A stretch of DNA of 32,000 nt from Erysipelotrichaceae bacterium MTC7. Lineage in GTDB: Bacteria > Bacillota_I > Bacilli_A > Erysipelotrichales > Erysipelotrichaceae. The stretch lies in contig LVZN01000003.1 in assembly GCA_001695645.1 (NCBI GenBank), positions 30,001 to 62,000 of the forward strand, in the 5' to 3' direction. This document shows, one piece after another, positions 30,456 through 32,000 of the stretch. The notes below the pieces were generated by a model. The model saw only the letters and a list, made by a program, of their open reading frames with translations. It was not told the DNA's origin and ran no database searches. Each line of letters starts with the position of its first letter. Positions within the stretch are counted from its first letter, which is position 1. The translations under genes were made by a program, and so were the position numbers.

Positions 30456-31589
30456 ATGAAAATAGTTGTCGCAATGGATTCATTCAAAGGATGTATGAGT
30501 TCCGAACAAGCCAATCAAACCGTTAAAGATGCAATTGTGGATATTCAACATTCCCATCAAGTTGCATGTTTTACCATGGGTGATGGTGGTGAAGGAAGTG
30601 TAGATGCCTTTGTGAGTGCTTGTAACGGTCGTTATGTACAGGTGCAAGTGCGTGATGCTTATTTTCAAAACATTACAGCCAGTTATGGTTTAATTGATCA
30701 AGGTAAAACAGCAGTTATTGAAGTGGCAAGTGTGATTGGATTAAACATGCGTGATAGAGCCCAAAGAAAACCATTATATACAACCAGCTATGGTGTTGGA
30801 CAGTTGATGTTGGATGCAAAAGCTAAAGGTGTAAAAAAAATTATTCTAGCCTTAGGTGGAAGTTCAACCAATGATGGTGGTATGGGTATGTTAAACGCGT
30901 TGGGAGCAAAATTCTATAATTCCAACAATGAGTATTTAAAAAGCAATGCAAAATCACTTGGACAAGTTGAACGTATTGATTTACGTAAGTTTGATCAGCT
31001 GAAGGGTATTGATATCATTGCAGCTTGTGATGTTAAAAATACTTTGGTTGGAGAACATGGAGCAACGTATACGTTTGGTAAGCAAAAAGGTTTGTTTCCA
31101 AACCAAATAAAAAAAGTAGATAAAGATATGCAACATTATGCAAATATCTGGAGTCAAAAAGGTTACGATATTTCCAGTTTTGAAGGAAGTGGAGCAGCTG
31201 GTGGAATCGGTGGTGCTTTGGCACTCGTTGATGCACACTTTCAAAGTGGCTTTGAACTGTTACGCGTGCATACAAATCTTGATGAAATCATCAAAACTTG
31301 CGATCTAGTGATTACTGGAGAAGGACAAAGTGATTATCAAACAATGTTTGGTAAAGTACCAGCTGGCGTTGTCGGTGTCGCAAACACCTATCAAAAACCA
31401 TGCCTGTGCATCAGTGGTGCATTAGGGAAAGACTATGAGAAATTATACGAACTGGGATTCATCGGTATATACAGTACTGCAGATAGAGCGATGAGCTTTG
31501 CAGCGGCACTTGAACAAGCAAAAGAAAAGTTATATGCTTGTGTGTATAGCATTATGAAGACCATCGATTACTGGGAGGAAAAAAGATGA
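30456..31589 (+). CDS. glxK: Glycerate kinase (GlxK/GarK family)
   Basis: MKIVVAMDSFKGCMSS...MGDGGEGSVDAF and the C-terminal DLVITGEGQSDYQTMFGKVP follow the glycerate kinase family pattern. 377 aa. Confidence 0.85.
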   Translation: MKIVVAMDSFKGCMSSEQANQTVKDAIVDIQHSHQVACFTMGDGGEGSVDAFVSACNGRYVQVQVRDAYFQNITASYGLIDQGKTAVIEVASVIGLNMRDRAQRKPLYTTSYGVGQLMLDAKAKGVKKIILALGGSSTNDGGMGMLNALGAKFYNSNNEYLKSNAKSLGQVERIDLRKFDQLKGIDIIAACDVKNTLVGEHGATYTFGKQKGLFPNQIKKVDKDMQHYANIWSQKGYDISSFEGSGAAGGIGGALALVDAHFQSGFELLRVHTNLDEIIKTCDLVITGEGQSDYQTMFGKVPAGVVGVANTYQKPCLCISGALGKDYEKLYELGFIGIYSTADRAMSFAAALEQAKEKLYACVYSIMKTIDYWEEKR

Positions 31590-32000
31590 AGAAATTATTA
31601 ACAATCATAACTTGTATGTTACTTGTGGTAAGTGCATGTTCAAGTAATAAAGACTACGAACGTGATACAACACAAGGAAAAATAACAGAAATTACATTTG
31701 AACAGCTAAGTGATCATTCCTTTGCGAAAGGGGATGCAATGGTTGTCTTGTCGCAAACGACTTGTTCACACTGTAAAATCTATAAAGAAGATACCATTGT
31801 GCCATATTTATTGGAACACAATCTAACTGTATACGAATTAAACTTTACCAACGAACCTGATCCAGCTGCCTCTTGGGAAAAGGTTTCGAAGATGTTGGAA
31901 GAAGGATTAGAAGGGACACCAACGACACTCATCGTGAATGGTGGAAAAGTAAAAGAAGTCATTGTGGGTGAACAATCACTTGAAGATTTTGATGACATTG
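31586..32000 (+). CDS. Thioredoxin-fold lipoprotein (CxxC), 5' part only; continues beyond the window end
   Basis: Missing from the ORF track because it is edge-truncated. The ATG at 31586 overlaps the glxK stop (ATGA), with GGGAGG upstream. MKKLLTIITCMLLVVSAC is a lipoprotein signal. VVLSQTTCSHCKIYK carries a thioredoxin-like CxxC motif. Open to the window end. Confidence 0.65.
   Translation, partial: MKKLLTIITCMLLVVSACSSNKDYERDTTQGKITEITFEQLSDHSFAKGDAMVVLSQTTCSHCKIYKEDTIVPYLLEHNLTVYELNFTNEPDPAASWEKVSKMLEEGLEGTPTTLIVNGGKVKEVIVGEQSLEDFDDI

Noticed and set aside
31780-31998. 72-aa minus-strand ORF at the right edge.
   Set aside because: It is antisense to the better-supported edge-truncated thioredoxin-like lipoprotein gene, which has an ATGA overlap with glxK, an SD, a lipobox and a CxxC motif.
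1-32000. Mobile elements, CRISPR arrays, and tRNA, rRNA or tmRNA genes.
   Set aside because: I saw no transposase, integrase or recombinase-like ORFs, no terminal inverted repeats flanking a block, no regularly spaced repeats, and no cloverleaf-compatible conserved tRNA boxes in the intergenic regions. This was done by eye only; tRNAscan, Infernal and ISfinder runs would be decisive.

Overview
AT-rich chromosomal segment from a low-GC Gram-positive anaerobe (Bacillota; finer placement is a guess). I count 28 protein-coding genes. Two run off the window edges and are missing from the ORF track: 1..576 on the minus strand and 31586..32000 on the plus strand. I found no rRNA, tRNA, CRISPR array, transposase or integrase.

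Gene order, left to right:
1. Sortase-pilus locus on the minus strand: a ~1494-aa tip-adhesin-like surface protein, then the start of a backbone pilin.
2. A Cys-rich XRE regulator, divergent from a translationally coupled two-gene cassette of unknown function.
3. An ECF-S-component-like membrane protein.
4. A DeoR regulator, then a dehydratase-class glycyl radical enzyme (GRE), its radical-SAM activase, and an FSA/TalC-type aldolase.
5. On the minus strand: sigI, an rsgI-like anti-sigma gene, a paralogous lipoprotein, zupT, and a small FakA/YloV-fragment-like ORF.
6. DJ-1/PfpI protein, DEAD-box helicase, LysR regulator, and an ABC-2 exporter pair.
7. adhE, with its promoter bracketed by two Rex boxes, then adenosine deaminase.
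8. A glycolipid-type operon: GT4, an MprF-flippase-domain protein, a GT4 fused in frame to a full-length RecX, and yhaM.
9. Glycerate kinase and a thioredoxin-like lipoprotein.

Observations most worth follow-up:
- A 31-nt promoter-like element, TTACCCCA-N15-CTACGTAT, occurs twice. One copy is upstream of sigI and the other upstream of the lipoprotein gene. The lipoprotein ectodomain is a paralogue of the RsgI-like sensor domain. The two proteins end in His/Gln-rich and Cys/His-rich tails and sit next to zupT.
- The compact DeoR-GRE-activase-FSA module.
- The seamless GT4-RecX fusion.
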